Shown here: positions 55,880 through 64,000 of the stretch, one piece after another | How the letters are laid out: each line of letters begins with the position of its first letter | Numbering within the stretch: the first letter of the stretch is position 1 | Program-made: the position numbers and the translations under genes | Origin: Gemmatimonadota bacterium | GTDB taxonomy: Bacteria; Gemmatimonadota; Gemmatimonadetes; Palauibacterales; KS3-K002 | NCBI GenBank assembly: GCA_039586795.1 | Contig: JBDHJS010000002.1 | Span: forward strand, 32,001 to 96,000 | DNA: 64,000 nucleotides | Direction: 5' to 3' | Notes under the pieces: model-generated | What the model was told of the DNA's origin: nothing | Seen by the model: only the letters and a program-made list of their open reading frames with translations | Database searches by the model: none

Positions 55880-58453
55880 GTGAGCGTGGCGGAGCTCGGG
55901 AAATACAAAGAGAAACGGGATTTCAGTAAGACCTCCGAACCGGAAGGGGGGGAGGGAAGTCCTCGTTCCGGTCGCAGCTTCGTCGTGCAGAAGCACGCGG
56001 CGCGCCGCACCCACTTCGATCTTCGTCTCGAGATCGGCGGCGCCCTCGTCAGCTGGGCCGTACCCAAGGGCCCTTCCGCCGACCCCGCCACCAAGCGCCT
56101 TGCCGTCCACGTCGAAGACCATCCCCTGGAATACGGCGGCTTCGAAGGCCTGATCCCCAAAGGCGAGTACGGCGCCGGCGCCGTGATCATCTGGGACCGC
56201 GGGCACTTCGAGCCCACGGGCGATACAGAGGATTCTGAGGAAGCCCTCATCCACGGGGTCGAGATCGGCAAACTCGACTTCAATCTCTTCGGCGAACGGT
56301 TGCATGGACGATGGTCGCTGGTCCGCATGAGGGGGACGGAGGGCGAAAACAACTGGCTGCTACTCAAAAAGAAGGACGTTCACGCAGAACCCGGTGAACC
56401 CGAAGGCCTGGTCGAACGGTATCTGGATTCTGTCGTCAGCGGGCGCGCCCTCGATGACCCGTCGTTGGGCGAAGAATCTCCGGATGTACATCCAGGGGCC
56501 CCTCCACCGGTGGATAATCGCCCCATGCTCGCGCAGGCGGGCGAAACCCTCCCCCAGGGTGAGGCCTGGTGCTTCGAGCTCAAGCTGGACGGAATTCGCG
56601 CCATCGGTTGGGCGCAAAGCTCGGGCGATGTGCAAGTCTACTCGCGCCGCGGGGGAGCCCTGGAGGACAAGTTTCCCGAGATCGCCGAAGCGCTGGAGCT
56701 CCTTACCCGGCGTACCGGCCGGCAGTTCGTGATCGACGGCGAGATCGTAGCCGCGGCCCCCGAGGGGACGCCCAGCTTCGCGGACCTGCAGCCACGTTTC
56801 AACCTGCGGGGTACCGCCGATATCGCTCGCGAAACTCGTGCGCGCCCGGCGGAGATGCACGTCTTCGATTGCCTGTGGCTCGACGGCGAAGACCTGCGAG
56901 ACCGACCGCTATCGGAGCGCAAGGAACAGCTCCGGCAGTTGATGAAAGAGGCCAGCCACCGACTCCACTACGTCGGGCACGACGTAGCCGACGGTAGCGC
57001 GATGAAGGAACGAGCGCGTCGCGAAGGTTGGGAGGGTTTGGTCGCTAAGCGGTTGAAGAGTCGTTATCGCTCGGGAGAGCGCAGTCAGGATTGGCTCAAG
57101 GTGAAGGAGCTACGGCGCCAGGAGTTCGTCGTCGGGGGTTGGACGGATCCGCAGGGCGGCCGCCAGGGTTTCGGCGCTCTGGTGGTCGGCTACTACGACG
57201 GCGACGAGTTGCGCTGCGCTGGCCGGGTGGGCAGCGGGTTCAGCAGCCACGAGCTTCAAAAGATCTCGTCGCAGCTAGCCGAGCTGGCGGAGGATGACCC
57301 GCCGTTCGTCGATATCCCGGAGATCGTCAACGACGCGCATTGGGTGCGGCCGGAGCTAGTCGCCGAGGTTAAGTTCCTGGAATGGACCCGGGAAGGCCAG
57401 CTGCGGCAGCCCGTCTTCCTTGGACTCAGAACGGATAAGGACCCGAAGTTGATCGGGCGCGAGCCCGGTGTGGGAGAATTTGTTAAGGGTCCCGAGGTCG
57501 CTTTGAGCACGGAGTTGGAGACGCTCATCCGGGTGCTCGATGGACTCGAGAAGTCCGGCGAGGACGGCGACGTTGCTGTCGACGATCAGCGTCTGAAGGT
57601 GACCAACCTCAGCAAGATCTTCTGGCCGGACATCGGAGCGACCAAAGGCGACCTGCTCCGTTACTACGTTTCCGTGGCACCCGCCATCCTTCCGGTCGTC
57701 GTCGATCGGCCTCAGACGCTCGAGCGATATCCCAACGGTATCACCGCCGACATGTTCTACCAGCAGCGCATGCCCGGACCGATCCCAGATGCGGTTCGAA
57801 CCGTTACGCTCGATGTCGACGGCGAACCGGCGGAGCGCGTGGTCGGCGGCGATCTCTACACGCTGCTCTACACGGCTCAGCTGGCGGCCATCTCGCAACA
57901 CGTCTGGCCCTCGCGGCTCGGTTCGCTCGAGGACATGGACTACTCGATGCTCGATCTCGATCCCGGCGAAGGGGTTCCCTTCACCGCCGTTCGTAAAACG
58001 GCGCTCGCTGTGCATGAACAGCTGCAACGGCTCGGCCTCCGAGGTTATCCGAAGACGTCCGGCGCCAGCGGAATCCACATCGTCATTCCGTTGCAGGCGG
58101 GGACGAGCTACGAAACGGGCCGGCTGCTTGCCGAGTTGGTGGCGAACCTGGTGGCGAAGGCGCGTCCCGACCTGGCCACCGTGCAACGAGTTGTTTCAAA
58201 ACGTGGCGCACGGGTCTACGTGGACTTCCTGCAGAACCGTCGCGGCGCGACCGTGGCGTCGGCCTACTCGGTTCGGCCGCGACCTGGCGCGACAGTTTCC
58301 GCTCCACTCGCGTGGCACGAACTTCACGAAGAACTTCAACCGGAAGACTTTAGCGTGCGATCGATGAGCGATCGATTGAGTGACGTGGGAGACCTTTGGG
58401 CCGCGTGTCGCGCCGATGCGAACGACGTGCGCGAAGTTTTGGAGCTTCTTTGA
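55880..58453 (+). CDS. ligD: DNA ligase D (phosphoesterase-ligase-polymerase)
   Basis: PE domain VQKHAARRTHFDLRLE; ligase ELKLDGIR and EGLVAKR; polymerase DLDP, KTSGASGIH and YVDFLQN. Confidence 0.96.
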   Translation: MSVAELGKYKEKRDFSKTSEPEGGEGSPRSGRSFVVQKHAARRTHFDLRLEIGGALVSWAVPKGPSADPATKRLAVHVEDHPLEYGGFEGLIPKGEYGAGAVIIWDRGHFEPTGDTEDSEEALIHGVEIGKLDFNLFGERLHGRWSLVRMRGTEGENNWLLLKKKDVHAEPGEPEGLVERYLDSVVSGRALDDPSLGEESPDVHPGAPPPVDNRPMLAQAGETLPQGEAWCFELKLDGIRAIGWAQSSGDVQVYSRRGGALEDKFPEIAEALELLTRRTGRQFVIDGEIVAAAPEGTPSFADLQPRFNLRGTADIARETRARPAEMHVFDCLWLDGEDLRDRPLSERKEQLRQLMKEASHRLHYVGHDVADGSAMKERARREGWEGLVAKRLKSRYRSGERSQDWLKVKELRRQEFVVGGWTDPQGGRQGFGALVVGYYDGDELRCAGRVGSGFSSHELQKISSQLAELAEDDPPFVDIPEIVNDAHWVRPELVAEVKFLEWTREGQLRQPVFLGLRTDKDPKLIGREPGVGEFVKGPEVALSTELETLIRVLDGLEKSGEDGDVAVDDQRLKVTNLSKIFWPDIGATKGDLLRYYVSVAPAILPVVVDRPQTLERYPNGITADMFYQQRMPGPIPDAVRTVTLDVDGEPAERVVGGDLYTLLYTAQLAAISQHVWPSRLGSLEDMDYSMLDLDPGEGVPFTAVRKTALAVHEQLQRLGLRGYPKTSGASGIHIVIPLQAGTSYETGRLLAELVANLVAKARPDLATVQRVVSKRGARVYVDFLQNRRGATVASAYSVRPRPGATVSAPLAWHELHEELQPEDFSVRSMSDRLSDVGDLWAACRADANDVREVLELL

Positions 58454-58692
58454 TGGGATTCGCCGCATCGCATCAATTCACTCGGAATTGAACCGAGGTA
58501 AGCGCGCGCTTCTCGCATTCTCGTTCGTCTATGTTACGCAGAAAATGCATTTGCGTGACAGCTTCAAGCAGTTTCTAGATTCAGAAGTTTGCGCAAAATC
58601 CGCGGCGCTCTCCACTTTGTCCCATCGATGCAACGCCTTGATATGCAGCAAGTTATGAGATCGACGCCGAACGCTCGTTCGGTGAATCAAGC

Positions 58693-58721
58693 TTGCGTGC
58701 GCCTTTTTGCTCGTGTATAAT
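58693..58721 (+). promoter_or_regulatory. Sigma70-type promoter
   Basis: TTGCGT-N17-TATAAT. Confidence 0.7.
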
Positions 58722-58864
58722 GGCTCCGCTTCGATAAGCACGTAGCTGCTCACGAGATTTCATTCAGGGTCATCTACGGGGCAGCCCTTTCCGATAAATT
58801 TGGGAAACCCGCCGCCGCAAGGCAGTGGTATACGTACGCCCACGAACCTGAAGGACGACAAAGG

Positions 58865-59092
58865 ATGCCCGAAACGCGTTCAGTCAACCTCGTCGTCAAC
58901 TTGCCAGTCGATCTGGCCGACGAAGTCGAGCGTGTGCAACAGGACGACCCGGAATTTTTCGAAAAGGTACTTGCGTATGGTCTAGTCCGGCGAGCTGTGT
59001 TCGCTCGCCTGCAGGGCGTGACTGCCCTGCACAGGCCGTCTACGTCATCTTGGGAGTCGACTTTCGAAGAGTCGTCTGTCGATTTGATGTAG
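58865..59092 (+). CDS. Small hypothetical protein (possible ribbon-helix-helix-like N-terminus)
   Basis: RBS AAGGA then ATG; VNLVVNLPVDLADEVERV; downstream of a consensus promoter. Confidence 0.55.
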   Translation: MPETRSVNLVVNLPVDLADEVERVQQDDPEFFEKVLAYGLVRRAVFARLQGVTALHRPSTSSWESTFEESSVDLM

Positions 59093-59242
59093 ACGGTCGC
59101 CCTCCCCCTCGCCGAACGTAGTTCGCTACGCTTGTTCCCCCGCCAACGAGCAGCGATTCTTGACCCGCCGACGTCCGGCTTGTAGCATGGGCGCAAGTGG
59201 TCGTCTGTTTTCTGTGGCCGCTCTTGTGGGAGGAGGGGTGGA

Positions 59243-59605
59243 ATGGTGCGGAAGAGTGATAAGGGCGAGCCGCAGGAGCCGCGCAAGCAAGTCGTGGACT
59301 CCGAAGAAGTACTCCGGGCGAAATACCTGGACTACTGCTCGGCACGCGTTTGCGACGTCTTCATGGAGCTGGAGGAAGAGCGAGTCTTCGAGCTCGCTCG
59401 TGCGGTCGAAGATAAGATCGGCCTGACCCAGGGCCGGCTCACGTTCCGCGACCTCGCAGCTCTACTCGTCGAAAAACTTCTTGGCGACATGGCACTCCCC
59501 GAGTTCGAAGCTTGGGCGGAGGAGTATAAGGCGAGTCCGGAGAAGTACGATCCGTACTTGCTGGGGTTGTGGAAGAGTGGGGTGCCGGTTGATAGTAATC
59601 AGTAA
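59243..59605 (+). CDS. Hypothetical protein
   Basis: Strong RBS GGAGG; globular acidic helical sequence with host-like codon usage. Confidence 0.75.
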   Translation: MVRKSDKGEPQEPRKQVVDSEEVLRAKYLDYCSARVCDVFMELEEERVFELARAVEDKIGLTQGRLTFRDLAALLVEKLLGDMALPEFEAWAEEYKASPEKYDPYLLGLWKSGVPVDSNQ

Positions 59606-59839
59606 GAAGTAAACGAGTGGACAGGTAGGCAGTACTAGGTCAGTCTTCAGAACACCGCCAGCCAAACTCCGACCTTAGTAGGTCGTCCAGAGAGAGTTGC
59701 GACAGTTAATCGGCCATGCGGGTTTTCATCTCCGGTGCATCTCCTTTGCGGCGCGAATCGGGTGCCTAGCTCGACCACCGTTTGGGGTGGCGAGGACGTC
59801 AGCTAGAGAAACGCCAAACGGACCCGGTTGGATATCTGC

Positions 59840-60101
59840 AGGGAACTTCGCCCGGACTGCCGCGGCGTCGGTCGGCGGGATCATGGTCGTGGCCGCCCTG
59901 ATGGTGCACCTGCCGAACGGGTTCTTCATGAACTGGTCGGGGGCGCAGGCCGGGGAGGGATTCGAGTTTCATATCCTGGCGGCGTCGCTGGCGCTGGTCG
60001 TGGCCATCGGTGGGGCCGGTGCCCTGTCGTTCGATCGCGTGCTGGTGGCCGCCAAACCGCGCCAGGAGGGCTCGCCGGCCCGTGACCGGTCGGAGGGCTG
60101 A
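59840..60101 (+). pseudogene. 5'-truncated DoxX family membrane protein remnant
   Basis: MVVAALMVHLPNGFFMNWSG..GEGFEFHIL..GAGALSFDR matches the DoxX C-terminal half; no N-terminal DoxX helices upstream. Confidence 0.65.
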
Positions 60102-60147
60102 GAGGCGCGAGACGGTGGGGTCGGGGGTGTGAGATCGCCGCGCGGCT

Positions 60148-60198
60148 ATCATGCGAGCGATCATGTAAGAATCATGTTCTATCATGTGGCTATCATGT
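60148..60198. repeat. Five direct ATCATG(T) repeats at 10-12 bp spacing
   Basis: ATCATG at 60148, 60160, 60171, 60181 and 60192. Confidence 0.8.
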
Positions 60199-60290
60199 AG
60201 CCGTGGACAGACGCAGTCGAGGCGTGTCCTGGCCGCGCCGGCGGCCAGGACACAATGTCCAAAATATTGTCCTTAGGTAACTTACGTACC

Positions 60291-61049
60291 CTACGGCGAG
60301 AAGACGGACTCTTCGATTTCGGGGTTGATCTGGACGTCGGTGATGATCAGCTGCTTACGGGTCACGCCCCGCTCGTCGTAAAAGGTCCGGGTCCCCACGT
60401 AGGTGATGGGGCCCGCCTGGCCGAAGTCGGACCAGCGGGTCCGGTTGACGTTGGTGCGGCCTTCCTCGATGTAGTGGACCTCGATGGGGAAGGCCGAGCC
60501 CTCCTCGAAGTAGTAGTACCAGCGGTCGCCGGAATGGAGCCCGATGTTCTCGCCGAAGGTGACGGTGAACCCCGCGTGGCCGGTGGAATCGGCTGATATG
60601 TAGTGGAGGTTGACCCCAGGGTCCCGGAGCTTGTAGGGGAGCCCGATCCAGTAGATCACATCGCCGCTGATGTAGAGGACCTCGCGAACGGCCTTGGTGG
60701 TGTCGTCCATTGCGACGTCGTCCAGAGTGGCCCAGATCGTCCCGCGGCCGTCGTGGGCCTGGACGTAGTGGCCCTCCGCCTCGTCGCGCTCGATCCTCAC
60801 GCGGTGGGGATTCTTCTTGGCCCAGACGAAACGTGGCCGCCGGCGCACCTCTGTGCCGGTAGAGTCGAACCAAACGGTCGTGACCGTATAGCGCAGACTC
60901 TCGACGTCTTTCCAGGCACCGAGGCCGCCGGCGGCCTCGACCCACGCGTCGACCAGCTGATCGGCGGGTCCGGCGGGCTGACTCTGGCAGGCCAGCGAAG
61001 CGAAACTGGAGATCAGGGTGACGGCTAGGGCGTTCGCGATGACTCTCAT
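60291..61049 (-). CDS. Hypothetical lipoprotein (outer-membrane lipoprotein-sorting-like beta fold)
   Basis: Lipobox SLAC; EAAGG..W; GLPYKLRDPGV; beta-rich. Start at ATG 61049. Confidence 0.7.
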   Translation of the reverse strand: MRVIANALAVTLISSFASLACQSQPAGPADQLVDAWVEAAGGLGAWKDVESLRYTVTTVWFDSTGTEVRRRPRFVWAKKNPHRVRIERDEAEGHYVQAHDGRGTIWATLDDVAMDDTTKAVREVLYISGDVIYWIGLPYKLRDPGVNLHYISADSTGHAGFTVTFGENIGLHSGDRWYYYFEEGSAFPIEVHYIEEGRTNVNRTRWSDFGQAGPITYVGTRTFYDERGVTRKQLIITDVQINPEIEESVFSP

Positions 61050-61229
61050 CAGGGCTCCCGGTCGAGGTCCCGTGTGCCTGGAATAACATCCGCACCTGTC
61101 GGGTAGGTTCCCGGCCAATCTAGCGCCCGTTGGTGAGCGCGACAGGGCGGTATCCCTCTTTCAGGAACCCGGGCCTCGGGGTATCATTCTGGCCGTCTAT
61201 CGCCGAGCGATTCACCGAGGGAGACGCGG

Positions 61230-61889
61230 ATGACGACGGGGCACACCAAGAAGCCGAGAATGGCGGACACGATCAGGATCGGCCGCTGGGATGTGGAGAA
61301 GCGGCTAGCGACGGCTCGCGTGGAGGGACGCGGTCCGAAGGCGGTGAGCGACGAATGTGCCGGCCACTGCTGTCACCACGGCGTCTATGCCTCGCTGCCC
61401 GAGCGCGATCGGATCCTCGAGTACGCCGACCGGGTCCAGGCGATGATGGATGAGACGCAATCGACGGACACGAGCGTCTGGTTCGAGGATGATGTCGAGG
61501 AGGACGAGGATTACCCGGGTGGTCTTTGCATCGGCACCAACGTCGTCAATGACAAATGCGCGTTCCTCGACGCCGAGGGCCTGTGCGTACTACAGAAGCT
61601 CGAGCGGGAGCTGAATCTGCCGCAGGGCGAGAGCCTGAAGCCGTTCTACTGCTATCTCTTTCCGCTGGTCACGTTCAAGAGCCGGGTCGAGTTCGACGAT
61701 CTTTGTGACGGAGTCCGTCCTTGTTGCACGTTGGCGGCGGACGGCCCGACGAAGGCAGTCGACGCCTTCGCTTTCGAGTTCACCCATATCCTGGGTGAGG
61801 AGGGCTACGAGGAATTCCGCCGGGCCGCGGAAGAGGCGGAACTGGAGCGCGCCGCGGAGCTCGAACGCGAAAAGCAGAGCCGCGAGTAG
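61230..61889 (+). CDS. DUF3109/YkgJ-like cysteine-cluster protein
   Basis: CAGHCCHHG, KCAFL..GLC and KPFYCYLFP motifs. Confidence 0.75.
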   Translation: MTTGHTKKPRMADTIRIGRWDVEKRLATARVEGRGPKAVSDECAGHCCHHGVYASLPERDRILEYADRVQAMMDETQSTDTSVWFEDDVEEDEDYPGGLCIGTNVVNDKCAFLDAEGLCVLQKLERELNLPQGESLKPFYCYLFPLVTFKSRVEFDDLCDGVRPCCTLAADGPTKAVDAFAFEFTHILGEEGYEEFRRAAEEAELERAAELEREKQSRE

Positions 61890-61905
61890 CCTCTCCCGCC
61901 GAGTT

Positions 61906-62304
61906 TTATGGGATAGGGACGACCTGGATTCCGACGCGTCTTGTTCGCGGACCGTCGAATTCGCAGAGGAAGACGGATTGCCAGGTTCCGAGGGCGATCT
62001 CGCCTTCGGAGACCAGCAGTGCGGCGCCGGGGTTCATCAGGCTGGTCTTCACGTGGGAGTCGGAGTTCCCCTCGGCGTGATGATAACCCTCGTCCCGGGG
62101 GACCAGCTGTCCCAGCTTCCAATCGATATCGCGAGCAACATCAGGGTCGGCGCCTTCGTTGACGGTCAGGCCGCAGGTGGTGTGGAAGGACCAGAGGTGG
62201 GCGACACCCTCCTCGACGCCGGTGCGGCGAACCGCCTCGCGGACCTGGCCTGTGATGTCGATCAGCTCCGACCTACGCGACGTCTTTACCTTTAGTATCT
62301 CCAT
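61906..62304 (-). CDS. yjbQ: YjbQ family secondary thiamine-phosphate synthase
   Basis: HTTCGLTVNEGADPDV, HAEGNSDSHVK and LGTWQSVFLCEFDGPR. Confidence 0.92.
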   Translation of the reverse strand: MEILKVKTSRRSELIDITGQVREAVRRTGVEEGVAHLWSFHTTCGLTVNEGADPDVARDIDWKLGQLVPRDEGYHHAEGNSDSHVKTSLMNPGAALLVSEGEIALGTWQSVFLCEFDGPRTRRVGIQVVPIP

Positions 62305-62725
62305 CCTCGGCGTCCGCTTCCTTGGCAGTCGTGTCCGAGTCATCGGCCGGTGGACCCGGCGAATCAGTGGCCGACGGGTCTTCCGCCTGCGGCGCCGATG
62401 ATGCGGCCGGCGCCCGTGGCGTCATGGCGATCTCCGCCTCGCTGGTGACTTCCGGTTCGGAATCCTCGGGGATCTCCGCCGTCGAGGCCGGCTCGTCGGA
62501 CAGCGGCGACGGCGGAAGGATGCTCTTCATATAGGATTTGGCGTCGGTGGCCTGCTGGTCGGCCTGGGCGACCTCCCGCTTCACCTCGTTCAGCGCCTTC
62601 TGGAACTCCCGCATCGTCTTACCGATGGACTGGGCAATACCGGGCAAGCGGCGCGGCCCGAAGAAGATTAGGGCGAACGCCAGGATGACGAGGAATTCGG
62701 TCCAGCCGATATTGCCAATGCCCAT
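62273..62725 (-). CDS. Twin-arginine translocase TatA/TatB family subunit
   Basis: IGWTEFLVILAFALIFFGPRRLPGIAQSIGKTMREFQKA. Confidence 0.9.
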   Translation of the reverse strand: MGIGNIGWTEFLVILAFALIFFGPRRLPGIAQSIGKTMREFQKALNEVKREVAQADQQATDAKSYMKSILPPSPLSDEPASTAEIPEDSEPEVTSEAEIAMTPRAPAASSAPQAEDPSATDSPGPPADDSDTTAKEADAEDGDTKGKDVA

Positions 62726-62763
62726 GGGATTCTGGGATTCGGTGATTACGAGATTCGGGGGTT
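62726..62763. repeat. Octamer-based REP-like half element
   Basis: GGGATTCTGGGATTCGGTGATTACGAGATTCGGGG. Confidence 0.65.
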
Positions 62764-62862
62764 GGACAGCCGCGCGGGCGCCAACCACCACTTCAATATA
62801 GCGCCCTGCTGGCAGGCGTCAGTAGCCGTGGGAATCGGGGGGGTCCGGTCGTAACCCCAGAA

Positions 62863-63969
62863 TCACCGATTCCCCTCAGGCTCGTAGGCGCAGAACGGGT
62901 CCGACTCCATCGCGTCACCGGTCATGCCGTAGGCGCGGGCCCGGGAGCCGCCGCACATCCAGCGGAACTCGCAGCGACCGCACTTCCCCTTCAGGCTGTC
63001 CATGTCGCGTAGCTCGGCCAGGTGCGGTGAGTCGCGGTAGATGGAGGGGAGTGGTTCGTCGTGTACGTTGCCCAGCAGCGGGTGGGGCAAGAAGCCGGCG
63101 GGGTACACCTCGCCTTTGTGGGAGACGAAGATCACGCCGTTGCCGTCGCGGACGCCGAAGCCCATCCGCATCGCCATCTTGTTGACCTCGTCCAGCGTCA
63201 TCCCCTCTTCCAGCTTCCGCTGCAGCCAGTAGCGTCTGTAATGAGGCGCTTCCACCGTACCCAGGTGGAACGGCGCGTCGCCGGCGATGCCGTACACCCA
63301 GGCGCAGAGCTCCTCGATATCGTCCGCGGATGGAATTCCCAACTCCTGGCCGCGGCCCACCGGGACCAGCAGGAAGAGGCTCCAGCGGCGCACCGGTGGC
63401 GCGAACTCCTTGCTCAGCAGCCGGTACATCTCGTCAAGGTGCGGCAACGTCTCACTGGTCACGGTCGTGTTGATCTGAACCGGGATGCCAAACTCCCGCG
63501 CCCAACTCAGCGCGTTCATCGAGTTGTCGAAGGTGCCGGGGACGCGGCGGAAATTGTCGTGGACTTCGGCGTTGGGTCCGTCCAGGCTGGTCCCCATGGC
63601 CGAGACGCCCAGCTGCTTGAACTTCTCCACGACCTCACGAGTGAGGGTCGGCGTGGTGCTCGGCGTGATACTGACAGGCAGGCCGATCTCTCGACCGTAG
63701 GCGATCAGGTCGAAGAGGTCGGGCCGCTTCATCGGATCGCCGCCCGTCAGGATGATCATGCTGCCCATCTCTTTCACATCCCGCATCAGCGCCTGGGCCT
63801 GCTCGGTGGTCAGTTCCAGAGGGTCGCGGTGCGGGATGGCGGACGCCCGACAGTGCACGCAGTCGAGGTCACAGGCGATGGTCATCTCCCAGTAGACGTT
63901 ACGTGGCGCCTGTCGGAAGACGTAGCCCGGATATTGTGTAGTTGTAACGAGTTCTGCCTGTAGACCCAT
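62863..63969 (-). CDS. Radical SAM/SPASM protein (AhbD/NirJ-related, TIGR04053-like)
   Basis: YWEMTIACDLDCVHCRA (CxxxCxxC), TGGDP, SLDG, HDNFR and KGKCGRCEFRWMCGGSRARAY..DPFC. Confidence 0.88.
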   Translation of the reverse strand: MGLQAELVTTTQYPGYVFRQAPRNVYWEMTIACDLDCVHCRASAIPHRDPLELTTEQAQALMRDVKEMGSMIILTGGDPMKRPDLFDLIAYGREIGLPVSITPSTTPTLTREVVEKFKQLGVSAMGTSLDGPNAEVHDNFRRVPGTFDNSMNALSWAREFGIPVQINTTVTSETLPHLDEMYRLLSKEFAPPVRRWSLFLLVPVGRGQELGIPSADDIEELCAWVYGIAGDAPFHLGTVEAPHYRRYWLQRKLEEGMTLDEVNKMAMRMGFGVRDGNGVIFVSHKGEVYPAGFLPHPLLGNVHDEPLPSIYRDSPHLAELRDMDSLKGKCGRCEFRWMCGGSRARAYGMTGDAMESDPFCAYEPEGNR

Positions 63970-64000
63970 CAATGCCTCTCGATTTCAGGGAGTTTGGATG

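Noticed and set aside
54961..56367. 468-aa minus-strand ORF
   Set aside because: Antisense shadow of ku and ligD in high-GC DNA; no recognisable motifs.

Overview
GC-rich bacterial chromosome segment spanning the replication origin; gene content and style suggest Gemmatimonadota, which is an inference. The core origin block is parB-parA-parS-mnmG...mnmE-yidC-yidD-rnpA-rpmH-(NRAMP)-dnaA-oriC-dnaN. The left arm is rich in secreted peptidases (M28, M48 x2, S41 tricorn-like, S9) and also holds a PLP D-amino-acid enzyme, PPK2, 2-oxoacid dehydrogenase E1beta/E2, deoxyhypusine synthase and a bactofilin/M23 pair directly downstream of parAB. The right arm has an ECF sigma/anti-sigma/MacAB-like exporter module, cupredoxins, Ku-LigD NHEJ, TatA/B and a radical SAM enzyme. 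The most notable locus is a compact putative RiPP-like peptide-modification operon at 46317-48865. It encodes a stand-alone PqqD/RRE protein, a eukaryote-type PRMT-fold methyltransferase with a C-terminal RRE-like domain, an 83-aa twin-Arg/YxxP precursor with a His/Ser/Thr/Pro-rich core, and an HPrK-like kinase. Other highlights are an rnpA gene with no start codon of its own whose frame stays open through rpmH (Thermus-like overlap), a parS site inside the mnmG coding end, DnaA-trios at oriC, satellite DnaA-box clusters, three families of short-unit intergenic palindromes and a candidate sRNA. No rRNA, tRNA, CRISPR array or transposase was recognised.
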